A stretch of 32,000 bases of DNA, from positions 1-32,000 of the forward strand of contig CP085695.1 in assembly GCA_029715105.1 (NCBI GenBank). Direction: 5' to 3'. Source of the DNA: Candidatus Saccharimonadota bacterium (lineage in GTDB: Bacteria; Pseudomonadota; Alphaproteobacteria; Rickettsiales; Anaplasmataceae). The translations under genes and the position numbers were made by a program. The notes below the pieces were generated by a model. That model searched no databases and was not told the origin of the DNA. It saw only the letters and a list, made by a program, of their open reading frames with translations. Positions 9,058 to 17,838 of the stretch are shown one piece after another; within the stretch, counting starts at the first letter, position 1, and each line of letters starts with the position of its first letter.

Positions 9058-10047
9058 CTAAGCTTGTCTTTTTATGCTTTTTTTTAAGAAATCAGTTAAA
9101 GCAGTTTTATAGGGAGAATCAGAAAAAATATTAATATTATCTAATGCTATATTAATGTAATGTTTTGCATTTTCTATGGAGAGTTCGATGGCATTATGAT
9201 GGATAATGTAGTGTAGTGCCCGATCAAAATTACGTTCAGTAGAAGAGAAGCATTTTTCCCAAAATTTTTGTTCTGTTAGGTTTCCTTTTTCATATGCTAT
9301 GATAGCAGGTAGAGTTATTTTGCCCTCAGAAAAGTCTTTTCCAATTTGTTTTCCATAGGTGTTTTGGTTAGAAATATAGTCAAGTATGTCATCAATTATT
9401 TGAAATGCCATGCCAAAGTTAAAGCCAAAATTTTTTAATTTTTTTGTTTTATAGTTTGTAGCACCGGATATTATAGAGGCTGCTTCGCAGCATGCAGAAA
9501 ATAAAGATGCTGTTTTTTTTTTGATAATATTGAAATAATTTTTTCTAATAGTATTAGGATTAAAGTGTGTTTTCATTTGTTTTATTTCACCTGTTACGAG
9601 TAGGTGTGATGCTTTAGATAGAACAGAAAGGACGTTTAAATTTTTACATTCTATAAGCCATTTAAATGCTAAAGTTAGTAATAGATCGCCAACTAGAATA
9701 CTGGACTTATTTCCCCAAATTTTATTTGCAGTTTTAATTCCATGTCGTGCTTCGCCTTCATCTAATACGTCATCATGAAGTAAGGTAGCATTATGTATGA
9801 ACTCTACCGATGCAGCAACTTTAATTCTATCTTCTCCAAAATAATTTAGCATTTTACATAATATAAAAACAAATTTAGGTCTTATTTTTTTTCCGCCTGA
9901 TCCTATGAGATGGGATACAACGTCAGTAATAAGTTCGATACCTTCATTATTAATACTTTTAAAGATAAAATCTTTCATGATTGATAAGTCAGAAGATATA
10001 ATATCATCCAGTTTGTTACTACTGTTTATTAAACTGATGTGCAACAT
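9058..10047 (-). CDS. ispB: polyprenyl (probably octaprenyl) diphosphate synthase
   Basis: 329-aa ORF with both Asp-rich motifs of trans-prenyltransferases (LLHDDVLDE and QIIDDILD). Chain-length specificity is inferred, not shown. Confidence 0.85.
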   Translation of the reverse strand: MLHISLINSSNKLDDIISSDLSIMKDFIFKSINNEGIELITDVVSHLIGSGGKKIRPKFVFILCKMLNYFGEDRIKVAASVEFIHNATLLHDDVLDEGEARHGIKTANKIWGNKSSILVGDLLLTLAFKWLIECKNLNVLSVLSKASHLLVTGEIKQMKTHFNPNTIRKNYFNIIKKKTASLFSACCEAASIISGATNYKTKKLKNFGFNFGMAFQIIDDILDYISNQNTYGKQIGKDFSEGKITLPAIIAYEKGNLTEQKFWEKCFSSTERNFDRALHYIIHHNAIELSIENAKHYINIALDNINIFSDSPYKTALTDFLKKSIKRQA

Positions 10048-10088
10048 TCTAGAGAGACTAAGGCCTCTATATTTAGTTTTAAATTATT

Positions 10089-10376
10089 TTATTGTTTTTT
10101 TGTTTTTTCGTATTTTTTCGTTTCAAGAGAAATTATATCATTTTTGATAAACCATAGCACTCTTTTGGTTGGTTGTGCACCTAAATCCAACCAGTGTTTT
10201 AATCTATCAATTTTTATTACAACATAATTTTTGTCATGTTTTGGTAACATTGGATTGTATTGTCCTATTCTTTCAATAAAACGTCCATTTCTTGGTGCAA
10301 GAGAATTAGCTATGACTATCCTATAAAAAGGATGTTTTTTTTTACCAAATCTTGCTAATCTTACTTTAACCGTCAT
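10089..10376 (-). CDS. rpsP: 30S ribosomal protein S16
   Basis: The track ORF (10089..10433) has 19 non-homologous leading residues. S16 canonically begins [21 protein letters not shown], which corresponds to the ATG at 10376 (CAT at 10374-10376 on the + strand). Confidence 0.9.
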   Translation of the reverse strand: MTVKVRLARFGKKKHPFYRIVIANSLAPRNGRFIERIGQYNPMLPKHDKNYVVIKIDRLKHWLDLGAQPTKRVLWFIKNDIISLETKKYEKTKKQ

Positions 10377-12528
10377 ACTTTTATATATATTCTGTGTTGA
10401 CTTAGCATATAAACTAAAGTAGTGTGAAGTCAAATAGATTTTGAGATTATTTATTTAATTTGAGTTTAGAATAAGGTAACTTTTTAAAAGTTGTAATTTA
10501 GTAGTAATTATAAATTGTTTAGTTACTAAAATAAATTAAGGTTTTGCATTAGTGTTATGAAACAAAGTATTTTCTATTATTTAGATTGTTCAGGATTATA
10601 TGAATTTGAAAATTTTGATAATAATATCAAACTCTAATAAATCTATAAGGTAAGTAGATTTTCTAATCCTATAACAGAATTAGGTTAATTTTTGATTTTT
10701 TTAAGTTAAAATTTTTGTACTAAAGTACAATTTAAGATTTAGCGATTTGCATTCAATTTTTGTTTAGTGAACATGAATAATTTAAGAATTTGTGTTCTGT
10801 TTATTTTATAGTTTTATTGTTTTAAATGGATGAGTATATATTAATGGTTGTTATTTTAAATTAAATTAAAAGTTTATTTCCCTTTTTATATTGATTTGTA
10901 TTAATTCGTTAAAATTACAGAAAATTTATAGTAGTTATAGGTTTTATGTTGATAATATAGTCGGTTTAATTATGTATTGATTATTACACATAGGACAAAA
11001 TAATTATTAAATTGAAGAAATACTTTAAAGTATTACGTGAGAAGGGTTTATAATGTTTAGTTTTGATTTATTGGTAAACTAGTTTGGTTTATTTATATAA
11101 AGTTAGCGTGAGTTATTTTTCTAAAAGATTGGAATATTAAGAGCACTATTTTAGTTATGTGTATAAGTATATATGGGGGTATGTTTGTTATTTAGTAATT
11201 AATATAAAAGTAATAGTATAAGTTTAATGTATTTATTTTATTGATGATATGTTTATATGAATTGATTTTGTTTTGTTGTACGTTTAAAAATTGTATTTCG
11301 TCATTAAATAAATTAATTGTTAGTTTCAGTATTGTTTTTAGTATTGCTAGGATATGTTGGAATTTTTATAGGATAGCAGTGTGTGTTTTGGTGTTGTAGA
11401 TTAAAATTTGAATAGTGTAAGAGTTGTGTGTGGAAGACGAAGGATGTGCATTTGTTAAATAGATGAGATAATTAAGATAAAGAATTCGGATGTGTCTGTA
11501 GTGTTTATTTTAATTTATTGTTATAGCAATAGTTAAAGTAAAGAAGTTATATTTTACTAACTCTATATAGTGGATATAATAAATATTTTGCATGTATGAG
11601 ACATTATTAAAAATTAATGTAATTATGTATCTTAAAAGATTGTACTAAGTTTATTGTTTTATGTTCTTTTGACAAAATATTTATTTTATCGGTATTGGGT
11701 TCAATTTTATTATTGATTTATTTAGATAGAAGGTAGAGCTTGGATTTATGAGACTAGAGGTTATAATTGCAGGAAATATACTAATATAGATTTTAAATAA
11801 AATGAATAAGAAATTTTAATTGATTAGAGGAATACTTTATAGTGAAAAGAATTTGTAATATTTGAATATATTGATAAATTCATTTAAAAAGTAATAAGTG
11901 TTTTCGAAAAAGATAAAAATAGGAGTTATGTTAAAAATTTTATTAGAAGTGATGTGATATGCGTTTAGATAAAACTTTCTATTAAAATAAAGAAATATTT
12001 TGTGTTCGTTTAATGATGTGGAATCTTTCAATAAGTTTTAATTTTAAAGTTATAATTATTTTTGTTGAAAAGATAATAATTTTAGATAAAAGTTTAGGAC
12101 TATTCTAATAATTTCCGGGTAGAGGTGAGGAGTTTACATAGTTTTAAGTTTTAAGATTGAAAAGTAATTTATTCTTCTTACTGAAGAATGCATGTAAAAA
12201 TTGGTTACATTCTATACAATATTAATTGTTTTATGTTATAAAGAATGAATCAGAGTAAATGTTTTATCCCTAATAAGATGTTTTATATATTGGAAAAATT
12301 TTGGAAATTAAAAGAAAGTAACAGCAAGATCGTGGTGTAAGAGATATATGTAAGTTCTTGTTTATGTATTATTGTTTAAAAACAAAAGAAGCGAAGAAAT
12401 ACTTGGTGGAAATAAGTGTTTTGGTATGGAGTGAATATTTTGCCTGATGTATTTTAATGTTTATTTTGTACAAAAGTGTGCTCTAATTTGATATTAAAGA
12501 TAGAGAATATATTATAAAATAGGTCAAG

Positions 12529-13092
12529 GTGAATAAGAGAATTGTAATTGGAATAAGTGGAGCATCTGGTTCTATTTATGGTGTACGTGTTTTAGAGGCA
12601 TTAAGAGATGCAGGATACGAAACTCATCTGGTGATAAGTCGAGCTGGAAGAATTACTTTAACTCATGAAGTTATAGAAAAGTTTGAAGATGTTATATCAC
12701 TTGCGAGTTTTTATTACTCCGAGGAAGAAGTAGGAGAAAAAATAGCAAGTGGTTCATTTGAAACTTCGGGAATGATTGTTGCTCCATGTTCCATGAAAAC
12801 AATGTCTGAAATTGCGTCTGGTGTAACATCTAATTTATTAACAAGGGCCGCAGATGTTACTTTAAAAGAAAGAAGAAAATTGGTTTTGATGGTACGCGAA
12901 TCACAATTTCACCTTGGTCATTTAAAGAATATGTTAAAATTAACAAAAATGGGAGCAATAATTGCCCCCCCAGTGCCAGCTTTTTATATTAAACCGAAAT
13001 CTATAGAAGATATTATAAATCATTCTATTGGAAAAGTGTTGGGTTTGTTTAAAATAGAATTTTCTCCCTTTAGGGAGTGGCAAGGGGTATAG
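12529..13092 (+). CDS. ubiX: flavin prenyltransferase UbiX
   Basis: 187-aa ORF with a GTG start. Motifs IVIGISGASGSIYG, MIVAPCSMKT and LVLMVRESQFHLGHLKNMLKLTKMGAIIAPPVPAFY are typical of UbiX/Pad1. Confidence 0.9.
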   Translation: MNKRIVIGISGASGSIYGVRVLEALRDAGYETHLVISRAGRITLTHEVIEKFEDVISLASFYYSEEEVGEKIASGSFETSGMIVAPCSMKTMSEIASGVTSNLLTRAADVTLKERRKLVLMVRESQFHLGHLKNMLKLTKMGAIIAPPVPAFYIKPKSIEDIINHSIGKVLGLFKIEFSPFREWQGV

Positions 13093-13095
13093 TAA

Positions 13096-13971
13096 ATGTC
13101 AATTATCATTGATGGTAGGAAAATAGCAAATGATTTATGTAAGAAGTTATCACAGAAAGTAGATAATTTGAAGGATAAATATAATATTTTTCCTTGTTTA
13201 AAAGTAATTCTTGTTGGCGATAATCCAGTAAGTAAGGTTTATGTTTATAATAAACAAAAAAGAGCAGAATCAGTAGGTATAAGTTCCGAGACTATTATTT
13301 TACCTTCTAATACTTCAGAAGATGAGTTAATCACGAAAATTAGTGAGTTGAATGAAGATTTGTTTGTGCATGGAATTTTGGTACAATTACCTTTGCCTAG
13401 ACATATTGAAGTAAGTAGAGTATTAAATTCAATAAAAGTTGAAAAAGATGTAGATGGTTTTCATGATGAGAATGTTGGTAGGTTAATTAAGGGTGAAAAA
13501 AATTGCTTTATACCATGTACCCCTAGTGGTTCTTTGCATTTAATTAAATTAGTTGAAAGTAATCTTTCAGGTAAAAATGCAGTTGTTATTGGAAGATCAA
13601 ATATTGTAGGTAAACCAATGTTCCATTTATTGTTGCAAGAAAATTGCACTGTTACTGTTTTACATTCAAAAAGCAAAGATTTAGTAGAACATTCTTCTAA
13701 AGCAGATATATTGGTTGTAGCGGTTGGAAAATCAAATTTTATTAAAAAAGACTGGGTAAAGGATGGTGCAATAGTGATTGATGTTGGTATTAATATAAAT
13801 GATCGTGGATTTACAGGTGATGTTGATTTTAACGCAGTAAGAGAGAAAGTTAAAGCTATTACTCCTGTACCAGGAGGTGTTGGCCCAATGACGGTTGTAT
13901 TTTTAATGAAAAATACTTTTATTGCTACTTGTATACAAAATAAAATTAGTGTTTTTAATTTTAGGTGGTAG
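13096..13971 (+). CDS. folD: bifunctional methylenetetrahydrofolate dehydrogenase/methenyl-THF cyclohydrolase
   Basis: 291-aa ORF starting 3 nt after ubiX. Motifs GILVQLPLP, KDVDGFH, GRSNIVGKPM and TPVPGGVGPMT. Confidence 0.93.
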   Translation: MSIIIDGRKIANDLCKKLSQKVDNLKDKYNIFPCLKVILVGDNPVSKVYVYNKQKRAESVGISSETIILPSNTSEDELITKISELNEDLFVHGILVQLPLPRHIEVSRVLNSIKVEKDVDGFHDENVGRLIKGEKNCFIPCTPSGSLHLIKLVESNLSGKNAVVIGRSNIVGKPMFHLLLQENCTVTVLHSKSKDLVEHSSKADILVVAVGKSNFIKKDWVKDGAIVIDVGININDRGFTGDVDFNAVREKVKAITPVPGGVGPMTVVFLMKNTFIATCIQNKISVFNFRW

Positions 13972-14032
13972 GGGATTAGGAGGTGTTATTGAGATAAAAT
14001 AAAGTAGTATTAATTAAGACAATATAAAAGGC

Positions 14033-14827
14033 GTGAAAAATACAGGTTTAAAGAAATGGGTAGTAATGATTTTTATTTTTTTATATCCGACTACGATTGT
14101 TTTTAGTAGTTGTAATTTTAATTTATCGTATCGTGGACTTAGTTGCGATTTAGATTTATCGTATAAGAATCTGAATGATATAAAGAAGTTATTGAATAAA
14201 AATGATAAATTTGTTGCGCTTACATTTGATGATGGACCGTCTAACAATAAGATAAGTGATATTTTTTCTATTTTAGAAAAATATAAAATAAAAGTAACAT
14301 TTTTTCTTCTTGGCAAATATATAAATGAGAATACATCTAAGATATTGAGAATAATTCATGGTGCAGGCCATGAGTTAGGTAATCATTCTTGGTCGCATAG
14401 GAAATTAATATTTCTTTCGAGAAAAGAGCAATTACAGGAATTAGAGAAAACAAGCATGAAAATTAAGAATATAACAAAACAGAATGTAAAATGGTTTCGT
14501 CCACCGTATGGATGCTATAATGATAGTTTAATTGAAAATATTAATTTGTTGGACATGCACTCCATATTATGGACGGTTGATTCTTTGGATTGGAGAGGTG
14601 ATGAACCGGAAGTTTTAATTGAAAGAGTTGTGAATAATATGCATAATGGGGCGATCGTATTATTTCATGATCATAATAATAAATCAAATACTATTAAGGC
14701 CTTACCTCAAATTATTAAGATTTTAAAGAAATTGGGCTATAAGTTTGTCACTTTAAGTGAGTGGGAAGATAAAGTTTGTGATGTAATGAGAACTAAGAAT
14801 ATTTTAAATAAAAATACACAATCTTAG
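14033..14827 (+). CDS. polysaccharide deacetylase (CE4/NodB domain), probable lipoprotein
   Basis: 264-aa ORF with all five NodB motifs present: TFDDGP, GNHSWSH, RPPYG, DSLDW and IVLFHD. The N-terminus has Lys residues, a hydrophobic run and a lipobox-like VFSSC. The start is uncertain: GTG at 14033 or ATG at 14066. Confidence 0.85.
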   Translation: MKNTGLKKWVVMIFIFLYPTTIVFSSCNFNLSYRGLSCDLDLSYKNLNDIKKLLNKNDKFVALTFDDGPSNNKISDIFSILEKYKIKVTFFLLGKYINENTSKILRIIHGAGHELGNHSWSHRKLIFLSRKEQLQELEKTSMKIKNITKQNVKWFRPPYGCYNDSLIENINLLDMHSILWTVDSLDWRGDEPEVLIERVVNNMHNGAIVLFHDHNNKSNTIKALPQIIKILKKLGYKFVTLSEWEDKVCDVMRTKNILNKNTQS

Positions 14828-15134
14828 TTTGTTTATAGTTTAATAATTTTATTACGTTAATTTTATAATTTATTCTTTGAAAAAATTTGTATGTTTTTTG
14901 TTTGGAATTGGCTTATTATTTTATAATACCTAATAATATTTTATTTTTTGATTTAATGTGTAATGAGATGGAATTTATCAATAAATTTTTAAATTTATTT
15001 TTTTTTAGAATTTATGGATAGGAGTTTGATTGTTATTTTGTGGATGCTTGAGAAGGAATCTTAAGTGTGTAAAAAAAGATTATGCGTAAAAGTTTTTAGA
15101 TTAATTAATTATTAGGAGTAGAATTAAAGAAAAC

Positions 15135-15164
15135 TTGCATTTAACTTTTGTTAAAGTATATAAT
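15135..15164 (+). promoter_or_regulatory. candidate sigma-70 promoter for the peroxiredoxin-trxB pair
   Basis: TTGCAT (15135-15140), an 18-nt spacer, then TATAAT (15159-15164), 27 nt upstream of the ATG at 15191. TATAAT-like words are common in this AT-rich DNA. Confidence 0.3.
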
Positions 15165-15190
15165 TATGTCTGTTTTAATGGGTAAAAGTT

Positions 15191-15790
15191 ATGAATCTTG
15201 TTACAAAATCCGCTGTTGATTTTACAGCTCCTGCTGTTCTTTCTGATGGGAAGATGGTTGATTGTTTTTGTTTAAGTGAGTGTATAAAAAGAAAGTATGC
15301 AGTACTTTTTTTCTATCCACTTGATTTTACTTTTGTATGTCCAACTGAATTGATATCATTTAGTAACAAAATAGAGGATTTTTCAAGGCGCAATGTTGAA
15401 GTTATAGGGGTAAGTGTAGATTCTAAGTTTTCGCATCATAAATGGAGGGAAACTAAGGTTAGTGATGGTGGAATCGGAGAGATTAGTTATACTTTAGTAT
15501 CTGATATTAAAAAGTCTATATCGAAGGATTATGGAGTATTATATGATGATTCAGTATCCTTAAGAGCAACTTTTATTATTGATGATCAGTTTATTATACG
15601 TCATCAATCGGTGAATGATTTACCTTTAGGGCGTAATATTGATGAGTTTATTAGAATAATCGATGCAATTAAACATAATAAAGAGTGTGGCGAAGTATGT
15701 CCTGCTGGATGGAGGAAAGGTAAACCGGCAATGCAAGCAAGCGATGAAGGAGTAATAGATTACCTAAATTCGTATAATGAACAGTTATAA
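15191..15790 (+). CDS. typical 2-Cys peroxiredoxin (AhpC/TSA family)
   Basis: 199-aa ORF with the peroxidatic Cys motif DFTFVCPTE and the resolving Cys motif GEVCPAGW. Confidence 0.92.
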   Translation: MNLVTKSAVDFTAPAVLSDGKMVDCFCLSECIKRKYAVLFFYPLDFTFVCPTELISFSNKIEDFSRRNVEVIGVSVDSKFSHHKWRETKVSDGGIGEISYTLVSDIKKSISKDYGVLYDDSVSLRATFIIDDQFIIRHQSVNDLPLGRNIDEFIRIIDAIKHNKECGEVCPAGWRKGKPAMQASDEGVIDYLNSYNEQL

Positions 15791-16743
15791 TGGGACAAGT
15801 TATTAATACAAAAGTTCTTATTATTGGATCTGGAGTAGCGGGTTGCTCTGCTGCTATATATGCAGCACGAGCAAACTTAGAGCCAGTTATGGTTACCGGA
15901 GTTCAGCCTGGTGGTCAGCTCATGATTGCTACGGATGTTGAAAATTATCCTGGTTTTTTTTCGGTAAGTGGTCCGGAATTGATGAAGCAAAAAAAAATAC
16001 ATGCGGAGAAATATGGAACGAGAATTATTTATGATGAGATAAAGAGCGTCAAACAGCTTAAGAGCTATGATGAGTATAGGTTTGTATCTTTTGGTATGAA
16101 TAATGATTATTATTCAGATGCAATAATTATTGCATCTGGAGCGCAAGCAAAATGGCTTGGCTTGGAAAGCGAAGAGAGATTTATTGGTTATGGAGTTTCA
16201 GCATGCGCGACTTGTGACGGTGCATTTTTTATGAATAAAGTTGTAACTGTTGTTGGTGGCGGAAATTCTGCAGTTGAAGAGGCGATGTTTTTAACTAGGT
16301 TTGCTAGTGAAGTTATATTGATACATAGACGTAGTAAATTAAGAGCGGAAAAAATAATACAAGATAGACTTTTTAGCAATAAGAAAGTAAAAATAATTTG
16401 GGATCATGTTGTAGAACAGATTCTTGGAGAAGAAAATCCAAAAAGGGTTACTGGAATTGTAATTAAGTCAATAAAAACTGAGGAAGTTCAAAAATTAGAG
16501 GTAGATGGAGTATTTATGGCAATTGGGCATGTACCAAATACAAAAATTTTTAATACTTTTGTTCAAATAGATAGGCATGGTTTTATAATAACAAAACCCG
16601 GAACAACTTTAACCAGTAGGGCGGGAGTGTTTGCTGCAGGTGATGTTCAGGATAGAGTATATCGTCAGGCCGTAGTTGCTGCAGGGACTGGATGCATGGC
16701 TGCTCTTGATGCTGAAAAATTTTTAGAGTGTATTAGAATTTAA
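15790..16743 (+). CDS. trxB: thioredoxin-disulfide reductase (low-Mr type)
   Basis: 317-aa ORF whose ATG overlaps the peroxiredoxin stop by 1 nt (TAATG). Motifs: FAD site GSGVAGCSAAIYAAR, redox-active CATCDG, NADPH site GGGNSAVEEA, and GVFAAGDV. Confidence 0.93.
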   Translation: MGQVINTKVLIIGSGVAGCSAAIYAARANLEPVMVTGVQPGGQLMIATDVENYPGFFSVSGPELMKQKKIHAEKYGTRIIYDEIKSVKQLKSYDEYRFVSFGMNNDYYSDAIIIASGAQAKWLGLESEERFIGYGVSACATCDGAFFMNKVVTVVGGGNSAVEEAMFLTRFASEVILIHRRSKLRAEKIIQDRLFSNKKVKIIWDHVVEQILGEENPKRVTGIVIKSIKTEEVQKLEVDGVFMAIGHVPNTKIFNTFVQIDRHGFIITKPGTTLTSRAGVFAAGDVQDRVYRQAVVAAGTGCMAALDAEKFLECIRI

Positions 16744-17838
16744 GTTAGTAAAAGTAGATAAAAATCTAACTTTATTCATTGTGTAAAGTGTGAAGGGATA
16801 GTTGGAATTTTTATTTGAAAATGTCTTTTACAGGTGTAGTGTATTGTTTTTTGTAAAAGAGAGTGTATGAAAATTGTATGGTAAAATAAAAATTTTATAT
16901 AGGGTTTTTTTATGAAGTCACCAGCCTGATATTTATTCGATGCGCTCTCTGTTATAATAATTTTTATTTGTTTAGATTTTAAATTTTGGTTTATATTTAG
17001 ATATTTAAATAGGTTATGAGCTGTTTTATTTAGAAGAAGATAAATTTGTAAGGTTGTCGTAGGTATTAGTTTTATATTACACTTTTGAAGTGAGAGTTTT
17101 ATTGTGAGAATATTGTTTAAGAAGTAGAAAGTATTTATGAGATGTAATTAAAAAAGTTAATTTATCTAAAATAATTAATACGGAGATTATTAGAAGTTAT
17201 GAGAAATATGTGTTGTTATCTCCTTTATTAGGAAGAACAGAGCTTAGTAATTTAAAATGGGAATTTCATTGCAGAAGAAAGAAGAGGTGAGAGAAAAAGT
17301 TTTTAAAATAAAATTTTTCATCATGTATTTAGGAATATGAGATATGGGGAAAGTGAGATATAGAGAATTTATGTATTTTTTTGTGTAGAGAAGATGATTT
17401 AATTTATAAAATTAAGCTTATAAGGGAATTATTTATGATGGAAAATTATAAGATAAGGCTTTTTATTCAGGAAAGATGATAAAATATAGAAGATTTTATT
17501 CTCTAAAAAAATTAGAAATTATAATAGCAAAGAATAGGAGTGGGTTAAGCAGGGAGATAATAATAATATTTAATATTAAAAAAATATAAGAGAAAAGATA
17601 GTCTTCGATTTTGTTTTATCTCTGTAAAGATTTTAGTTGTAGGGATAATAAAAAAGAGTTAGTTATGTTTTTTGATTGGTGTGGTTGTTTTGTTATATAA
17701 ATAGTATCTAGTCAGTGTTTTATTTGATTGTGTGTACATAGAAATAGGATTAGAAATAGATTTTTTGAAGAATGGTAAAATCACTAATTAAGTGAGGTTC
17801 ATTTTATAGTATTTTATGTTTTATTATTAATCGATATT

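Noticed and set aside
10377-10433. The 19-codon N-terminal extension of the rpsP track ORF.
   Set aside because: S16 homologues begin at [11 protein letters not shown]. The extension ([19 protein letters not shown]) has no counterpart, and a promoter-like TTGACT lies inside it.
11019-11034. A 16-nt perfect palindrome (aatactttaaagtatt), together with several 10-14-nt AT-only palindromes, for example 680-702, 6686-6697 and 30624-30635.
   Set aside because: About one 8-pair AT palindrome is expected by chance in 9 kb of roughly 75% AT spacer. None has positional support.
11837-12031. A 64-aa minus-strand ORF, the only ORF in the 2.15-kb rpsP/ubiX spacer.
   Set aside because: It has F/Y/N/I/K-rich low-complexity sequence, no Shine-Dalgarno and no recognisable domain. 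An ORF of this size is plausible by chance in a 2-kb spacer.
12301-12528. A riboswitch or leader upstream of ubiX-folD (ZTP/pfl type), and equivalent leaders upstream of purM, purQ and purE (purine type).
   Set aside because: No G+C-rich conserved cores are present; for example there are no GGGTCGTGAC or CCGCCTGGGCA-like ZTP segments. The leaders are nearly pure A/T/G.
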